Assembly (NCBI GenBank): GCA_038205935.1
Contig: JBBRBK010000008.1
Span: forward strand, 1-47,004
Direction of reading: 5' to 3'
From: Campylobacterales bacterium
GTDB lineage: Bacteria > Campylobacterota > Campylobacteria > Campylobacterales > Sulfurimonadaceae
DNA: 47,004 nucleotides
The notes beneath the pieces were generated by a model. The model was not told the DNA's origin and made no database searches. It saw only the letters and a program-made list of their open reading frames with translations. The position numbers and the translations under genes are program-made. This document shows positions 26,457 through 37,312 of this stretch, piece after piece. The first letter of the stretch is position 1. Each line of letters starts with the position of its first letter.

Positions 26457-27358
26457 CGCACTCTCCTCTTAGAGATCAAGGCAAAAAGCAAGAGTGCAGC
26501 AGCGAGTAGCGGGTAGAAGGCTAAAAGTTGTTTGTTAAGATAGTTCTGCGAACGTATCTGGCTTGGTTCGAGTTTGTCTATTTCGCTGTAAATATCTTCT
26601 AGTTTTGAAGCATCAGATGCGCCAAACATCTTTGCATGTGAGTTGTCGGCTATGAGTTTTAAAAGGGCTTCATCATAATCCCCTTTTTTACCAATGCCGA
26701 TGGTGTAGATCTTAATATTATTTTTCACGGCGATATCAAGTGCGTCTTTAGGCGAAATCGTACCACTGTTATGATAGCCATCGGTAATTAAAAGCATCAC
26801 TTTCTCTTTTGCCTGACCCATTTTTAAAAGCTGTGTGGCATTGGCTATCCCCTCGCCAATGGCAGTATTTTCTCCAGCAATGCCTACATCCAAAAAATTG
26901 ATAAGATAGGCAACCGCGTTCATATCGTAAGTGAGCGGAACACTTGAAAATGCGTATGAGCCAAAAACTGTAACTCCGACGTTATCATCAAATCGCTCTT
27001 TGATAAATTTTGAGATTACCTCTTTTAGTACATCAAATTTACTTTGTTCTGAATGTTCTTTACTAAATCCGCTCTCACCCATAGAACCGCTACAGTCTAA
27101 GACAAAGACAAGATCACGACCTTTTCTTTGCTGGCTTGACGCGGCATCGTAAGTGATAGGCGAGGCAAGGGCGGTGACTAAAAGTGTTAAGATGAGGGAA
27201 TAGAACAATCTCTCTTTATTGAACCAGCCTGTTTTTAGACTAAATAATCCAAGGTGCGGGAAGATAATTTTTTTAAGAGTTGCCGGACATCTGTAAATAC
27301 AGATGATAAGTAAAAGCAGTAAAAATGCAAAGGGATGCTCAAACTTAAAATGGCCCAA
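26453..27358 (-). CDS. vWA domain protein (BatA-like)
   Basis: FEHP N-terminal TM, DCSGSM MIDAS, PLTYD, TAIGEG, LITDG, IYTIGIG and IDKLE. Confidence 0.88.
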   Translation of the reverse strand: MGHFKFEHPFAFLLLLLIICIYRCPATLKKIIFPHLGLFSLKTGWFNKERLFYSLILTLLVTALASPITYDAASSQQRKGRDLVFVLDCSGSMGESGFSKEHSEQSKFDVLKEVISKFIKERFDDNVGVTVFGSYAFSSVPLTYDMNAVAYLINFLDVGIAGENTAIGEGIANATQLLKMGQAKEKVMLLITDGYHNSGTISPKDALDIAVKNNIKIYTIGIGKKGDYDEALLKLIADNSHAKMFGASDASKLEDIYSEIDKLEPSQIRSQNYLNKQLLAFYPLLAAALLLFALISKRRVR

Positions 27359-27363
27359 ATTTG

Positions 27364-27876
27364 TTACCTGCTAGCGTATAAAAGTTTGAGATAAAGAGTA
27401 ATGTATGAACTGTATCCAACTTCGCTAAACTCGAGATTTCCATCTTTGTTGTAGATAAATGTTGTCGGAAAACCGCTTACATGGAAGCCTTCTGCAAGGC
27501 TTGAATTTGCATCATTTATGACTTGAAAGCTCAGATTTTTTTCTTTTAAAAATGCTTGAATATCCGCGTCACTTTTAGAATTGACGGCAATAGTAACAAC
27601 GTCAAATTTTTTAGAAAGTGCATCGATTGTAGAGTTTTCCATCTTACATGTAGGACACCAAGTTGCCCAGAAATGGATCAAAAGAGGTTTATCATGCTTT
27701 ACATGTAAGGAATCAAAAGTTTTACCATCAAGAGTAATCGCTTGAAACTCAGGGAGTTTTTTGTCACTCAAATCTGGTGCCTTGAGATAGCTGAGTGCAT
27801 TGCTAAATATAAAAAGAAGTACAGCAAAAATAGCTGCTTCTCTAAAGAGTTTTTTAAAGTTCCAGTTTTTCATCAA
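27364..27876 (-). CDS. TlpA-like membrane-anchored thiol-disulfide oxidoreductase
   Basis: N-terminal TM helix, HFWATWCPTC and GFPTTF. Confidence 0.88.
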   Translation of the reverse strand: MMKNWNFKKLFREAAIFAVLLFIFSNALSYLKAPDLSDKKLPEFQAITLDGKTFDSLHVKHDKPLLIHFWATWCPTCKMENSTIDALSKKFDVVTIAVNSKSDADIQAFLKEKNLSFQVINDANSSLAEGFHVSGFPTTFIYNKDGNLEFSEVGYSSYITLYLKLLYASR

Positions 27877-29051
27877 TCTACCAAAACATGGCCGACAAAT
27901 TTGCTCATATTATCTAAAATTTCACCGCCACAACGGTATCCAAGTCCACACGCTTCATAAGCAAAAAAGACGCCAGCTTGGTATTTGTTGCCAGTTGAAT
28001 CTTGCGGAAATTCGACATATTCCTGATAAACTTTTTTATAGTTTCCATAAGGTCCATCATTCGCTTTTAATACTTCACCGCTACTTGAGAGAACTTTCGT
28101 ATTTGCACCCTCGCGTCCAAAAACTGGCTTTTCAACTTGCTTTACATGTAAGGGTTGAAACGATGTTTTAAGAAGGTATGGCGAGTCAGGGAAAAGGTCG
28201 CAGAGTATCTTCATAATCCCTTTTGACTGAAAGAGCAGTGTATACGCAGGATTGAGTAAAATCGCATTTTGATTTTCCATCACATGCGTGAGTATCGTTG
28301 CGAGTTCTGGCTCATCATGGGCAATATCTTCAAAAGGATAGAGTTTAAACCAGTATTCATAAGGATTGTCATTTGCATCACTAATCTCATCATCGCTAAA
28401 ACGGACGTTTTGAATATATTCAAAATAGGTGTTAAAGCCAGCATCTGTAGCGATCTGCTGTAAAAGTCTAGTTGTGACTTCCTCCTCGGTATTTCCCTCT
28501 ACGCATGAAAAAAGGATTTTCCATCCATTATAACGTTCATCAAAGAGTTCTGGATCATCAAAGAGCGTGATAAGACGACGAAAGTTATCACGGAGCGCGT
28601 CATAAACGTTGTTAAATTGCTCATCTTCATCCATATTGTTAAACTTTAAAAGGGCCCATTGAAGTAGAGCTGTCTCAAAAAGTGAAGTCGGAGTGTCGGC
28701 ATTGAACTCTATAAGTTTTATAGGTTTGCCATCAATCCCGCCAGCGAGGTCAAATCTGCCATATACATGCCAGTGCACATCGTTTTCCCAACTTTTTTTG
28801 ATCATCTCTACGAGATTAAAAGGGATCCCTATCTCAAAGAAAAGATCATTTTCAATCACATATTCAGCCGCTTTTGCGTACATCTCATAAAGCTCATTAA
28901 CCGCTTCATAATAGTTCTCTGCTTCTTGATGCGTAACAAGAACGAGTTTATCACTCACATATTTACTTCCATCACTATCTGTGTGCCAAGTAAAGCCTAT
29001 CTCTTCTAGCGCTTTGTCATCGATGGGTTTGATTGATTTAAGATTTACCAT
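27873..29051 (-). CDS. Glutathionylspermidine-synthase-family ATP-grasp ligase
   Basis: YGRFDL, LIEFNADTPT, FKLYPFE, KPVFGREGAN and VYQEY. Confidence 0.92.
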   Translation of the reverse strand: MVNLKSIKPIDDKALEEIGFTWHTDSDGSKYVSDKLVLVTHQEAENYYEAVNELYEMYAKAAEYVIENDLFFEIGIPFNLVEMIKKSWENDVHWHVYGRFDLAGGIDGKPIKLIEFNADTPTSLFETALLQWALLKFNNMDEDEQFNNVYDALRDNFRRLITLFDDPELFDERYNGWKILFSCVEGNTEEEVTTRLLQQIATDAGFNTYFEYIQNVRFSDDEISDANDNPYEYWFKLYPFEDIAHDEPELATILTHVMENQNAILLNPAYTLLFQSKGIMKILCDLFPDSPYLLKTSFQPLHVKQVEKPVFGREGANTKVLSSSGEVLKANDGPYGNYKKVYQEYVEFPQDSTGNKYQAGVFFAYEACGLGYRCGGEILDNMSKFVGHVLVD

Positions 29052-29053
29052 TT

Positions 29054-29629
29054 TCAGCCTCCAAACATTCCGCCCGAAGATGTCTTCGAACTTCCACTGC
29101 TGCTACCGCCAAAAAAGCTTTTTTTAGCTGAACTTCCAGAACTACTAGGCGCGCCACCAGAAGCAGAACGAGAATAAGCTGAGCGGTTAACACTGTTTGC
29201 TTTGTTCGCAAAATTTGAGTTGCCCATAAGTGCATTTCCAACCATATGACCAAGTAAACTTCCCGCCGCAACTGCAAGGATAGTACCTCCAATGCCCATT
29301 CCCTCACTGCCACCTTCGTGGTTGAGTTCTGAGCCACCTTTTTGATATTTGTCATACTCTTGAGAAGCAACATTTTTCATCTCGTCTTGGCTCATTATAC
29401 GCTCTGTTACTGTGCCATTTACATCTTTTGAGCGAATGATCGCGCGGCTTGGTCCATCCGTTGGCATCTCTTCAACAACGACATATTTGCCATTTGTGAG
29501 TTGCTCGATGACTAGAAATTTGTTTTGTTCTTTTTTCTCCTCTTGGCTACATCCACTAAGAACGCTCATCAAGATAATGCCGGCACTCCCGAGTGCAACG
29601 GAGTTTGCGAGACTAGTTATATGTTTCAT
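29054..29629 (-). CDS. UPF0323-family lipoprotein with a Gly/Ser-rich tail
   Basis: Lipobox LSGC, G-x-GGTILAVAAGSLLG and KKSFFGGSSSG. Directly upstream of the GSP-synthase gene, as in Campylobacter and Helicobacter. Confidence 0.8.
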   Translation of the reverse strand: MKHITSLANSVALGSAGIILMSVLSGCSQEEKKEQNKFLVIEQLTNGKYVVVEEMPTDGPSRAIIRSKDVNGTVTERIMSQDEMKNVASQEYDKYQKGGSELNHEGGSEGMGIGGTILAVAAGSLLGHMVGNALMGNSNFANKANSVNRSAYSRSASGGAPSSSGSSAKKSFFGGSSSGSSKTSSGGMFGG

Positions 29630-29686
29630 CAGTTAGATCCTCTTTTTTAAACTTTAAAATTTTAGTTGATGCACTATGCGAATATG

Positions 29687-30118
29687 TCACCGAATTTTTT
29701 TTATATTTGTGTGACTAATCTTATATAGGATAGATGGAGTTGTTTCATAAAAACCTCTACAATCCTCGACAATTATATCGCTTTTTTGTGTGCAGAAATC
29801 TTTATCAAACTCGTGACCGCTTTTATTTGCAGAAGTTGAGTAAAGCCAAGGATATTTTTGTAACACTTGAAGATGGGGATTGTTCTTGACAATCCTTGAA
29901 GCTCTGTTTTTGATTATAAAAGTTGTTTTTTCTGATCTTCTTACGAAGCTTTTATATTTTTGCGGGACTCTATTTCCATCTGCCTTAAAGGCCTCAAAAG
30001 ATGGATAAACTTTTAAAAATTCTTTTCCAAGAGGTCGTGATTTGACCTCTTCGAGAAGTTTAGCATCAGCAGATAAAAAACCGACAGTTGTATCTGTCTG
30101 TGCTAAAATAATTGACAT
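29687..30118 (-). CDS. Short Sua5/YrdC (TsaC-like) family protein
   Basis: LAQTDTTVGF, K-x-R-P..K and YSTSANKSG. Confidence 0.8.
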   Translation of the reverse strand: MSIILAQTDTTVGFLSADAKLLEEVKSRPLGKEFLKVYPSFEAFKADGNRVPQKYKSFVRRSEKTTFIIKNRASRIVKNNPHLQVLQKYPWLYSTSANKSGHEFDKDFCTQKSDIIVEDCRGFYETTPSILYKISHTNIKKIR

Positions 30119-30119
30119 T

Positions 30120-33100
30120 TTAAGCTAAAAAATCCTGTAAAGCTTGAGGCTCATTCCAAGCAGGATCTTTCATCTCACCCAAAGCCTCTATTGTTGCACG
30201 AGTCGCGCTTAGGGTTGTAAAATATGGGATATTACGGCGTAAGACTTCTTGACGGATAACGATGGCATCTTTTTTTGATGTGTTATTATCTGAAGTGTTT
30301 ATAGCCAATTGAATCTCTCCATTTTTCATACGGTCTTCAATATTTGGACGACCTTCTGAAATCTTTAGAACTGTTTCGCACTCTAAACCAGCATCATTGA
30401 TAATCTTCGCTGTTCCACCAGTCGCAACAAGCTTAAAGCCGTGATCTATAAGACCTTTTGCGATCTCTGGAGCGTGTTTTTTATCCATATCTATAAAAGA
30501 TAAAAATGCTGTTCCTGAAGTTGGGATGTTATTTCCAGCTGCGAGTTGTGCTTTTGCAAAACTGATACCGAAGTTTTTACTGATACCCATAACTTCGCCC
30601 GTAGATTTCATCTCAGGACTTAGCACTAAGTCTGCGCCATAGAGTTTGTTGAAAGGGAAAACCGCTTCTTTGACTGCAACATGGTTTTTAAGACGAGGTT
30701 TTAAAATTCCATCTTCTTCCATGACGACATTATATTTATCGTAATACGTTAAAGAACTTCGAAGTGTTTCACCCATCATAACGCGGGTTGCGACTTTTGC
30801 CAATGGGATACCTGTCGCTTTAGAAACAAAGGGAACTGTACGAGAAGCACGAGGATTGACCTCGATAAGATAGATTTCACCTTCATGGATTGCATATTGA
30901 ACATTCATAAGACCATGCACCCCAAGTCCAAGAGCAATAGTTTTCGTTTGTTCCTCTACTAGTCTGATAAGCTCGTCACTAAGATTCATTGGAGGCAATG
31001 AACAAGCGCTGTCTCCTGAGTGGATTCCAGCTTCTTCGATGTGTTGCATCACTGAACCGATATAAACATCTACGCCATCACAAATAGCATCAACATCAAG
31101 CTCGATAGCCTGATCTAAAAATTTATCAACTAGAACTGGAGCATCATTGCTTACAGAAACTGCAAGATCCATATATTTTTTCAGTTCATCTTCATTGTAA
31201 ACAATGCGCATACCACGTCCACCAAGAACATAAGAAGGGCGAACTAAAACAGGGTAGCCAAGACGTTCAGCTATGACGTAAGATTCCTCTTTTGTTCGGG
31301 CAAGACCATTTTCTGGCTGTTTGAGATTATTTTTGATAACAAACTCTGAGAATTTTTCTCTATCTTCTGCAAGGTCGATAACTGCGGCTGTTGTACCAGA
31401 AATATTTGCACCTATGTTTGTTAGGGCATTTGCAAGTTTAAGAGGAGTCTGACCGCCAAAATGCACGATGATGCCATCTGGTTTCTCATTTTCGATCACT
31501 GCACGTACATGTTCAAAATCGATAGGCTCAAAGTAAAGAACATCAGAAGTATCATAATCTGTTGAAACTGTTTCAGGATTACAGTTGTACATGATCGTTT
31601 CAATATCCATCTCTTTTAGAGCAAATGCCGCGTGGACACAACAATAGTCAAACTCAATTCCTTGACCGATTCTATTTGGTCCACCACCGATGATCATCAC
31701 TTTTTTTCTATCACTTTGGCGAGGTTTGACGTCTGGAAGTTTTGTGATGTTTGTTGTTGAATACAAATATGGAGTAAGAGCCAAGAACTCAGCCGCACAA
31801 GTATCAACTTCGTTATATTCCAAGTTGATATCAAGAGCTTTTCTTGCATCGTAAACATCGTTTTCGCTGACTTTAGCTTGAGAATTTTTCTCGATAAGTT
31901 GAGCAATCTTCATATCTGCAAAACCATCAGATTTGAGTTTTCTTAAAGCTTTCTCATCTTTTAGAGTTTCTAGTGTGATTGTTTTTTCAGCGTTGATAAT
32001 CTCTTCAAGTTGGCATAAAAACCAAGGATCTATTTTACATGCGTTGAAGATATCATTTACACTCATCCCACGTCTAAAGCCCTCAGCAACGTACAAAATA
32101 CGATCAGCATTTGGACGTCGGATCTCATGAAGCATCGTTTCATCATCACAATCAAGCTCATCAAAACCGCTAAGACCAGTTTCTAAAGAACAGAGTGCTT
32201 TTTGAACTGACTCTTTAAAAGTACGCCCGATTGCCATAACTTCGCCCACTGATTTCATACTTGTGCTTAGTGTATTTTCAGCTTCTGGGAATTTTTCAAA
32301 AGTAAAACGAGGAATCTTTGTCACGATATAATCGATAACCGGCTCAAACGCCGCAGGTGTTCCTGTAATGTCATTTTCGATCTCATCAAGAGTAAAGCCA
32401 ACAGCTAAAAGAGTTGCGACTTTTGCGATTGGATATCCCGTAGCTTTACTTGCAAGCGCAGATGAGCGAGAAACACGAGGATTCATCTCGATAACGATCA
32501 TACGTCCAGTTTCTGGATCAACCGAGAACTGAACATTACTTCCGCCTGTGTCAACACCGATCTCGCGTAAAATTGCAAAAGAGGCATCACGCATACGCTG
32601 ATATTCTTTGTCTGTAAGTGTAAGAGCGGGAGCGACAGTGATGCTGTCTCCCGTGTGAACACCCATAGGATCGAAGTTTTCAATAGAACATACGATGATA
32701 CAGTTGTCCGCTTTGTCACGGATAACTTCCATCTCATATTCTTTCCAGCCAAGAAGAGACTCTTCTATTAAGATTTCATTGACAGGAGATTCCGCAAGAC
32801 CGCGAGCTGCGAGTAATTTGAACTCATCGATATTATAAGCAACACCGCTTCCGCCACCTGCAAGGGTAAATGAAGCGCGGATAATCGTTGGAAAACCTAT
32901 CTCTTCAGCCGCACTCATCGCTTCTTCAAGATTGTAAGCATATCTTGAAAATGGGAGGTCCATACCGAGTTTTAGCATTGCTTCTTTAAAGGCTTGTCTA
33001 TCTTCACCTTTATGAATTGCCTCAGGATTTGCTCCAAGGAACTCAATTCCCTCTAGCATCCCTTTTTCATGCATCTTCATCGCAACGTTCAGTGCTGTTT

Positions 33101-33377
33101 GTCCACCCATTGTAGGAAGGATAGCATCGACTTTTTCTTTTCTGATTATCTCGGCAATGATATCTTCTTTGATTGGTTCGATATACGTACGGTCTGCAAA
33201 TTCAGGGTCTGTCATGATGGTAGCCGGATTTGAGTTGATAAGAATAACTCTGTATCCAAGCTCTTTAAGAGTCTTGACCGCTTGTGTTCCGGAGTAATCA
33301 AACTCACAAGCTTGACCGATGATGATCGGACCTGATCCAATTAAAAGTATAGTTTTTATATCAGTGCGTTTTGGCAT
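30120..33377 (-). CDS. carB: Carbamoyl-phosphate synthase large subunit
   Basis: [30 protein letters not shown], two ATP-grasp halves ([11 protein letters not shown] and [10 protein letters not shown]) and an MGS domain. Confidence 0.98.
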   Translation of the reverse strand: MPKRTDIKTILLIGSGPIIIGQACEFDYSGTQAVKTLKELGYRVILINSNPATIMTDPEFADRTYIEPIKEDIIAEIIRKEKVDAILPTMGGQTALNVAMKMHEKGMLEGIEFLGANPEAIHKGEDRQAFKEAMLKLGMDLPFSRYAYNLEEAMSAAEEIGFPTIIRASFTLAGGGSGVAYNIDEFKLLAARGLAESPVNEILIEESLLGWKEYEMEVIRDKADNCIIVCSIENFDPMGVHTGDSITVAPALTLTDKEYQRMRDASFAILREIGVDTGGSNVQFSVDPETGRMIVIEMNPRVSRSSALASKATGYPIAKVATLLAVGFTLDEIENDITGTPAAFEPVIDYIVTKIPRFTFEKFPEAENTLSTSMKSVGEVMAIGRTFKESVQKALCSLETGLSGFDELDCDDETMLHEIRRPNADRILYVAEGFRRGMSVNDIFNACKIDPWFLCQLEEIINAEKTITLETLKDEKALRKLKSDGFADMKIAQLIEKNSQAKVSENDVYDARKALDINLEYNEVDTCAAEFLALTPYLYSTTNITKLPDVKPRQSDRKKVMIIGGGPNRIGQGIEFDYCCVHAAFALKEMDIETIMYNCNPETVSTDYDTSDVLYFEPIDFEHVRAVIENEKPDGIIVHFGGQTPLKLANALTNIGANISGTTAAVIDLAEDREKFSEFVIKNNLKQPENGLARTKEESYVIAERLGYPVLVRPSYVLGGRGMRIVYNEDELKKYMDLAVSVSNDAPVLVDKFLDQAIELDVDAICDGVDVYIGSVMQHIEEAGIHSGDSACSLPPMNLSDELIRLVEEQTKTIALGLGVHGLMNVQYAIHEGEIYLIEVNPRASRTVPFVSKATGIPLAKVATRVMMGETLRSSLTYYDKYNVVMEEDGILKPRLKNHVAVKEAVFPFNKLYGADLVLSPEMKSTGEVMGISKNFGISFAKAQLAAGNNIPTSGTAFLSFIDMDKKHAPEIAKGLIDHGFKLVATGGTAKIINDAGLECETVLKISEGRPNIEDRMKNGEIQLAINTSDNNTSKKDAIVIRQEVLRRNIPYFTTLSATRATIEALGEMKDPAWNEPQALQDFLA

Positions 33378-33413
33378 TTTTAACCTTTAGAAAAGTTTGT
33401 ACAAAATTTTTTT

Positions 33414-33419
33414 ATTATA
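33414..33419 (-). promoter_or_regulatory. -10 box TATAAT for carB
   Basis: TATAAT 36 nt upstream of the ATG, with an AAAGG RBS. Confidence 0.55.
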
Positions 33420-33523
33420 CGAAAAAAGCACTTAAAATTTGATGATTTTCTTGAAAGTAAGAGCCTTACATGTAAGAAAATTGAGAGCTCTTTGCATGTA
33501 AAGTTGTTAGAAGTTGGTTATTG

Positions 33524-34270
33524 TTAAATTTCCCACTTATACATAAGAGAAATAAGTCCGCTAAACATATACTTATCACAGACAATTGGAGAGTCTTGTT
33601 CTGATTTTCCTAAATAGTCCGCGCGGAAGTTGAGTAGAGTAGACCATTCTTTAGTGAACGTATATTTTGCGTAAGTTTCAAATGAGAGATCAACACTTGA
33701 TGATGGAGAATATGCCGGTCTGCTTAATGTAGCTTCACTTGAAGAAACACCGTAATAGTAATCATTGAATTTTGCTGCATGGTACGTTGCCATGACACTT
33801 GGATAAAAATCCCAATTTTCGAGTTTAACATGTTGTCCGACTTCTGCTCTGGCAATATATGAGTTGCTTTTGTTTAAAAGATCTTGAAATAAAACAGCAT
33901 TTAAAAAAGTATCTTTATACTGCATATCAAATCCAAGACCACCTTGAATGCTGTTGTCTTTGTTTTTCATGCCAGTAAGGGCAGATGAATCTTTTGAGGC
34001 ATATCCCAGAGGTTGCGGCTCAGCACTCAGTGAAAATGCCCAACTAAAATCATCTTTTTTATCGCCCAAAAAATAAACGCCGACTCGTGTCCATCTGACA
34101 TAAAAAAGATTATTGTCAAAAAATACAACTGGAGAGGGCACTACTTTTGTATCTGCACCTTTATATGGCTGTGTTTGAAAGTAGGGACCTGCACCTATTG
34201 ACAATGGCGTCGTTTGCGTTTGCGCAACAATTTGTGTGATGAGTAGAAATAAAAAAACTAAAAACTTCAT
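33524..34270 (-). CDS. MipA/OmpV-family outer-membrane protein
   Basis: Signal peptide, PYKG, NDYYYGVS..EA...RPAY, DSPIV and a terminal aromatic beta-strand. Confidence 0.85.
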   Translation of the reverse strand: MKFLVFLFLLITQIVAQTQTTPLSIGAGPYFQTQPYKGADTKVVPSPVVFFDNNLFYVRWTRVGVYFLGDKKDDFSWAFSLSAEPQPLGYASKDSSALTGMKNKDNSIQGGLGFDMQYKDTFLNAVLFQDLLNKSNSYIARAEVGQHVKLENWDFYPSVMATYHAAKFNDYYYGVSSSEATLSRPAYSPSSSVDLSFETYAKYTFTKEWSTLLNFRADYLGKSEQDSPIVCDKYMFSGLISLMYKWEI

Positions 34271-35028
34271 AATACCTCCTTAATAAGATAAAAATATCTT
34301 GGTTCTTTTGATTTATAGTAAGGAGAGATGACAGCAACTTGATATCCTTGAGATGCTTTAATCGCAGTCACTTTTCCAACTTTCATCCCTTTGAAAAAAA
34401 GCTTATCTAGACCTGATGAGACAACTTCATCTCCCACTTTTATGGGCATCCAAGAGGGAATAAAGTTCACGATAATTGTACCATCATTATTTCCTCGGGC
34501 AATCCCAGGAGCACTGTTTTCTCCGATATAAACCGCATAGGTACATTTCATATCTCCATTAAGGAGGGCAATTGGCCTATTTTCATATGATACCGCAATC
34601 CCTGCAACACTATCCTTATATACAAGTCCATAGGTTTTTGAGGAGTTGAAATCTTTCATTTGAAGCCAAAGTTTATTGATATCTGAAAACTTTACATAAG
34701 AAACAGTGCGTACAAGTTGGATGGTAGGATCTGTTTTGAGAGTTGTATTACTTTCTTTGTAGATACTATTGAGTTCTGATGAGAGTTGTTGCATAAGAAG
34801 ATGATCTCTATCATAGTGCTCTAGTTTTTGAGTTAGTTCTTGTATGCGTTGTTGCTGATGAAAATGTTCATCGATTCCATCGGAGAAGGATTTCATAGAG
34901 TTGAAGTAGCTGTTTTGAACGGCATTGGAAAGTGATATAAATGGAGACTGTATGGTCGCAGAATAATATATAGCACCGCCAAGCAGTACTATAAAGATGG
35001 TAAAAAAAACAAGTAAGCCCTTATTCAT
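34267..35028 (-). CDS. mreC: Rod shape-determining protein MreC
   Basis: TM helix, coiled coil and GDEVVSSGLD..F..G.KVG. Follows mreB. Confidence 0.9.
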   Translation of the reverse strand: MNKGLLVFFTIFIVLLGGAIYYSATIQSPFISLSNAVQNSYFNSMKSFSDGIDEHFHQQQRIQELTQKLEHYDRDHLLMQQLSSELNSIYKESNTTLKTDPTIQLVRTVSYVKFSDINKLWLQMKDFNSSKTYGLVYKDSVAGIAVSYENRPIALLNGDMKCTYAVYIGENSAPGIARGNNDGTIIVNFIPSWMPIKVGDEVVSSGLDKLFFKGMKVGKVTAIKASQGYQVAVISPYYKSKEPRYFYLIKEVL

Positions 35029-36058
35029 TCTCAAAAAGTTCTTGTAGTAAATCTATCTCCTCTAGGGCACGACCTGTTCCACGAGCAACGGCCAAAAGAG
35101 GCTCATCTGCTACATAAACAGGTATTCTTACGATATCTGATAAAAATTTATCAAGATGACGGATTAATGCTCCACCACCTGTAAGGATAATACCGTTATT
35201 TACGATATCTCCAGCAAGGTCTGGTGGCATTTGCTCTAAAACATCACGTAGTGCTTCAGAGATTTCACGAAGCGGTTCGCGCATCGCTTCTCTTGCATCT
35301 TCACTTGTCAGTTCGATAGAACTCAGAAGTCCTTCAACCTGATCACGGCCGTTAACTACTATGGTCAACTCTTCTTCAAGAGGCATCGCAGTTCCGATAG
35401 CAATTTTTATAACTTCCGCAGTTCTTTCACCGATAAGAAGATTGTATTTTCTTTTGACGTAATCCACGATTGCTTTATCAAGTTTATCGCCCGCAACGCG
35501 GATAGATTTTGATAGAACAAGACCGCCAAGAGAGACAACACCTATCTCAGTAGTACCGCCACCGATATCAACAACCAAGTTTCCTTGAGGCTGACGGATA
35601 TCAATCCCTGCACCGATTGCCGCAGCCATAGGCTCTTCAATAAGAAAAACTTCGCGTGCACCGGCACTTAATGCTGATTCACGAACAGCTTTACGCTCAA
35701 CTTGTGTGAGACCATAAGGAACACAAATAATGATACGCGGGCTGATAAGGCTTTTTCTTCCATGCGCTTTTTCGATAAATTTTCTAATCATTTTTTCAGT
35801 CATATCAAAGTCTGCTATGACACCATCTCTCATCGGACGAATCGCTTTGATGTTGCCCGGAGTTTTGCCGACCATCTCTTTTGCTTCATGACCGACAGCA
35901 AGCACCCTCTGTTGACCATATTTTTCTGTTTTTACAGCAACGACTGATGGCTCGTTGATGATAATACCTCTTCCTTTAGCAATTACTAGAGTATTTGCGG
36001 TACCGAGGTCTATAGAGAGATCATTTGAAAAGAGTCCAATTAATTTATTTAGTATCAT
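35021..36058 (-). CDS. mreB: Rod shape-determining protein MreB
   Basis: IDLGTANT, NEPSVVA, DIGGGTTE and LTGGGAL. Confidence 0.97.
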   Translation of the reverse strand: MILNKLIGLFSNDLSIDLGTANTLVIAKGRGIIINEPSVVAVKTEKYGQQRVLAVGHEAKEMVGKTPGNIKAIRPMRDGVIADFDMTEKMIRKFIEKAHGRKSLISPRIIICVPYGLTQVERKAVRESALSAGAREVFLIEEPMAAAIGAGIDIRQPQGNLVVDIGGGTTEIGVVSLGGLVLSKSIRVAGDKLDKAIVDYVKRKYNLLIGERTAEVIKIAIGTAMPLEEELTIVVNGRDQVEGLLSSIELTSEDAREAMREPLREISEALRDVLEQMPPDLAGDIVNNGIILTGGGALIRHLDKFLSDIVRIPVYVADEPLLAVARGTGRALEEIDLLQELFENE

Positions 36059-36070
36059 AGTATATGTGCC

Positions 36071-37312
36071 TTATGCTGTTTTTTTCTCAGTTTTTTTGAC
36101 GTAAATAGGCTTTTCACCATTGTCGATTACATCTTTTGTGACGATAACTTCGTAGCCGCTATATTCAGGAAGTTCATACATGATATCGATCATATTCTCT
36201 TCCAAAATAGCTCGTAAACCTCGCGCGCCTGTTTTTCTATCTATTGATTTTTTAGCGATTGCTAACAATGCATCTTCTTCAAAGTTGAGTTCAACATTGT
36301 CGATAGCGAAAAGTTTTTTATATTGACGGACAAGAGAGTTCTTTGGCTCTGTTAAAATTCTTACCATTTGCTCTTCGCTGATTTCGCTTAAAGATGCGAT
36401 GATCGGCAAACGCCCGATAAGTTCAGGGATAAGTCCATAATGTACTAAATCCTCTGGCTCAACCATATCAAAAGTCGGTTTTCGCTCTTTTTTACTTTTC
36501 TTGTCATGTCCAAACCCAAGAACATTTTCGCCTTGTTTTTTCTTGAGTATCTCTTCAAGACCATCAAAAGCCCCGCCACAGATAAAAAGAATTCCAGAGG
36601 TATCGATTTGTGTAAACTCTTGATTTGGATGTTTACGTCCACCTTTTGGCGGAATATTTACCATAGAACCTTCGATTATTTTTAGAAGTGCTTGTTGTAC
36701 CCCTTCTCCTGAAACATCTCTTGTGATTGAGCGGTTTTCACTCATACGGGAGATTTTATCGACTTCATCGATAAAGACGATTCCCTGTTGAGCGCGCTCG
36801 ATATCGCCATCAGCTGCCTGAAGTAAGCGAGTAAGGATGTTTTCAACATCTTCACCTACATATCCCGCTTCTGTTAAACTTGTCGCATCTGAGATAGCGA
36901 TAGGAACATTTAAAACACGTGCAATCGTTTGAGCTAAAAGAGTCTTTCCGCTTCCTGTTGGACCGATGAGCAAGACATTTGATTTAGCGATTTCAGTATC
37001 ATCATCTTCTACATTGTGTGTTTTAAAAATTCTTTTGTAGTGGTTATAAACAGCAACACTTAAAAGTTTTCTTGCACGCTCTTGACCGATGATATATTGG
37101 CCTAAAAAGTTATCAAGCTCTTTTGGAGTCATCAGTTCGCCAACGGCTTCAACTAATTTTTTACTATTTTCTTTACTCTCATGCTCGTCGCCAAACATAA
37201 TCTTATAAGCAGAAAAAACACAGTTTTTACAGATATAAACACCGTTCCCGGCGATTAATGGATTTTCATCACTCTCTTTTGCCTCGCAAAAGCTACAGTG
37301 TCTATGAATCAT
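36071..37312 (-). CDS. clpX: ATP-dependent Clp protease ATP-binding subunit
   Basis: Zinc finger CSFC...[26 protein letters not shown] and GGRKHP. Confidence 0.97.
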   Translation of the reverse strand: MIHRHCSFCEAKESDENPLIAGNGVYICKNCVFSAYKIMFGDEHESKENSKKLVEAVGELMTPKELDNFLGQYIIGQERARKLLSVAVYNHYKRIFKTHNVEDDDTEIAKSNVLLIGPTGSGKTLLAQTIARVLNVPIAISDATSLTEAGYVGEDVENILTRLLQAADGDIERAQQGIVFIDEVDKISRMSENRSITRDVSGEGVQQALLKIIEGSMVNIPPKGGRKHPNQEFTQIDTSGILFICGGAFDGLEEILKKKQGENVLGFGHDKKSKKERKPTFDMVEPEDLVHYGLIPELIGRLPIIASLSEISEEQMVRILTEPKNSLVRQYKKLFAIDNVELNFEEDALLAIAKKSIDRKTGARGLRAILEENMIDIMYELPEYSGYEVIVTKDVIDNGEKPIYVKKTEKKTA

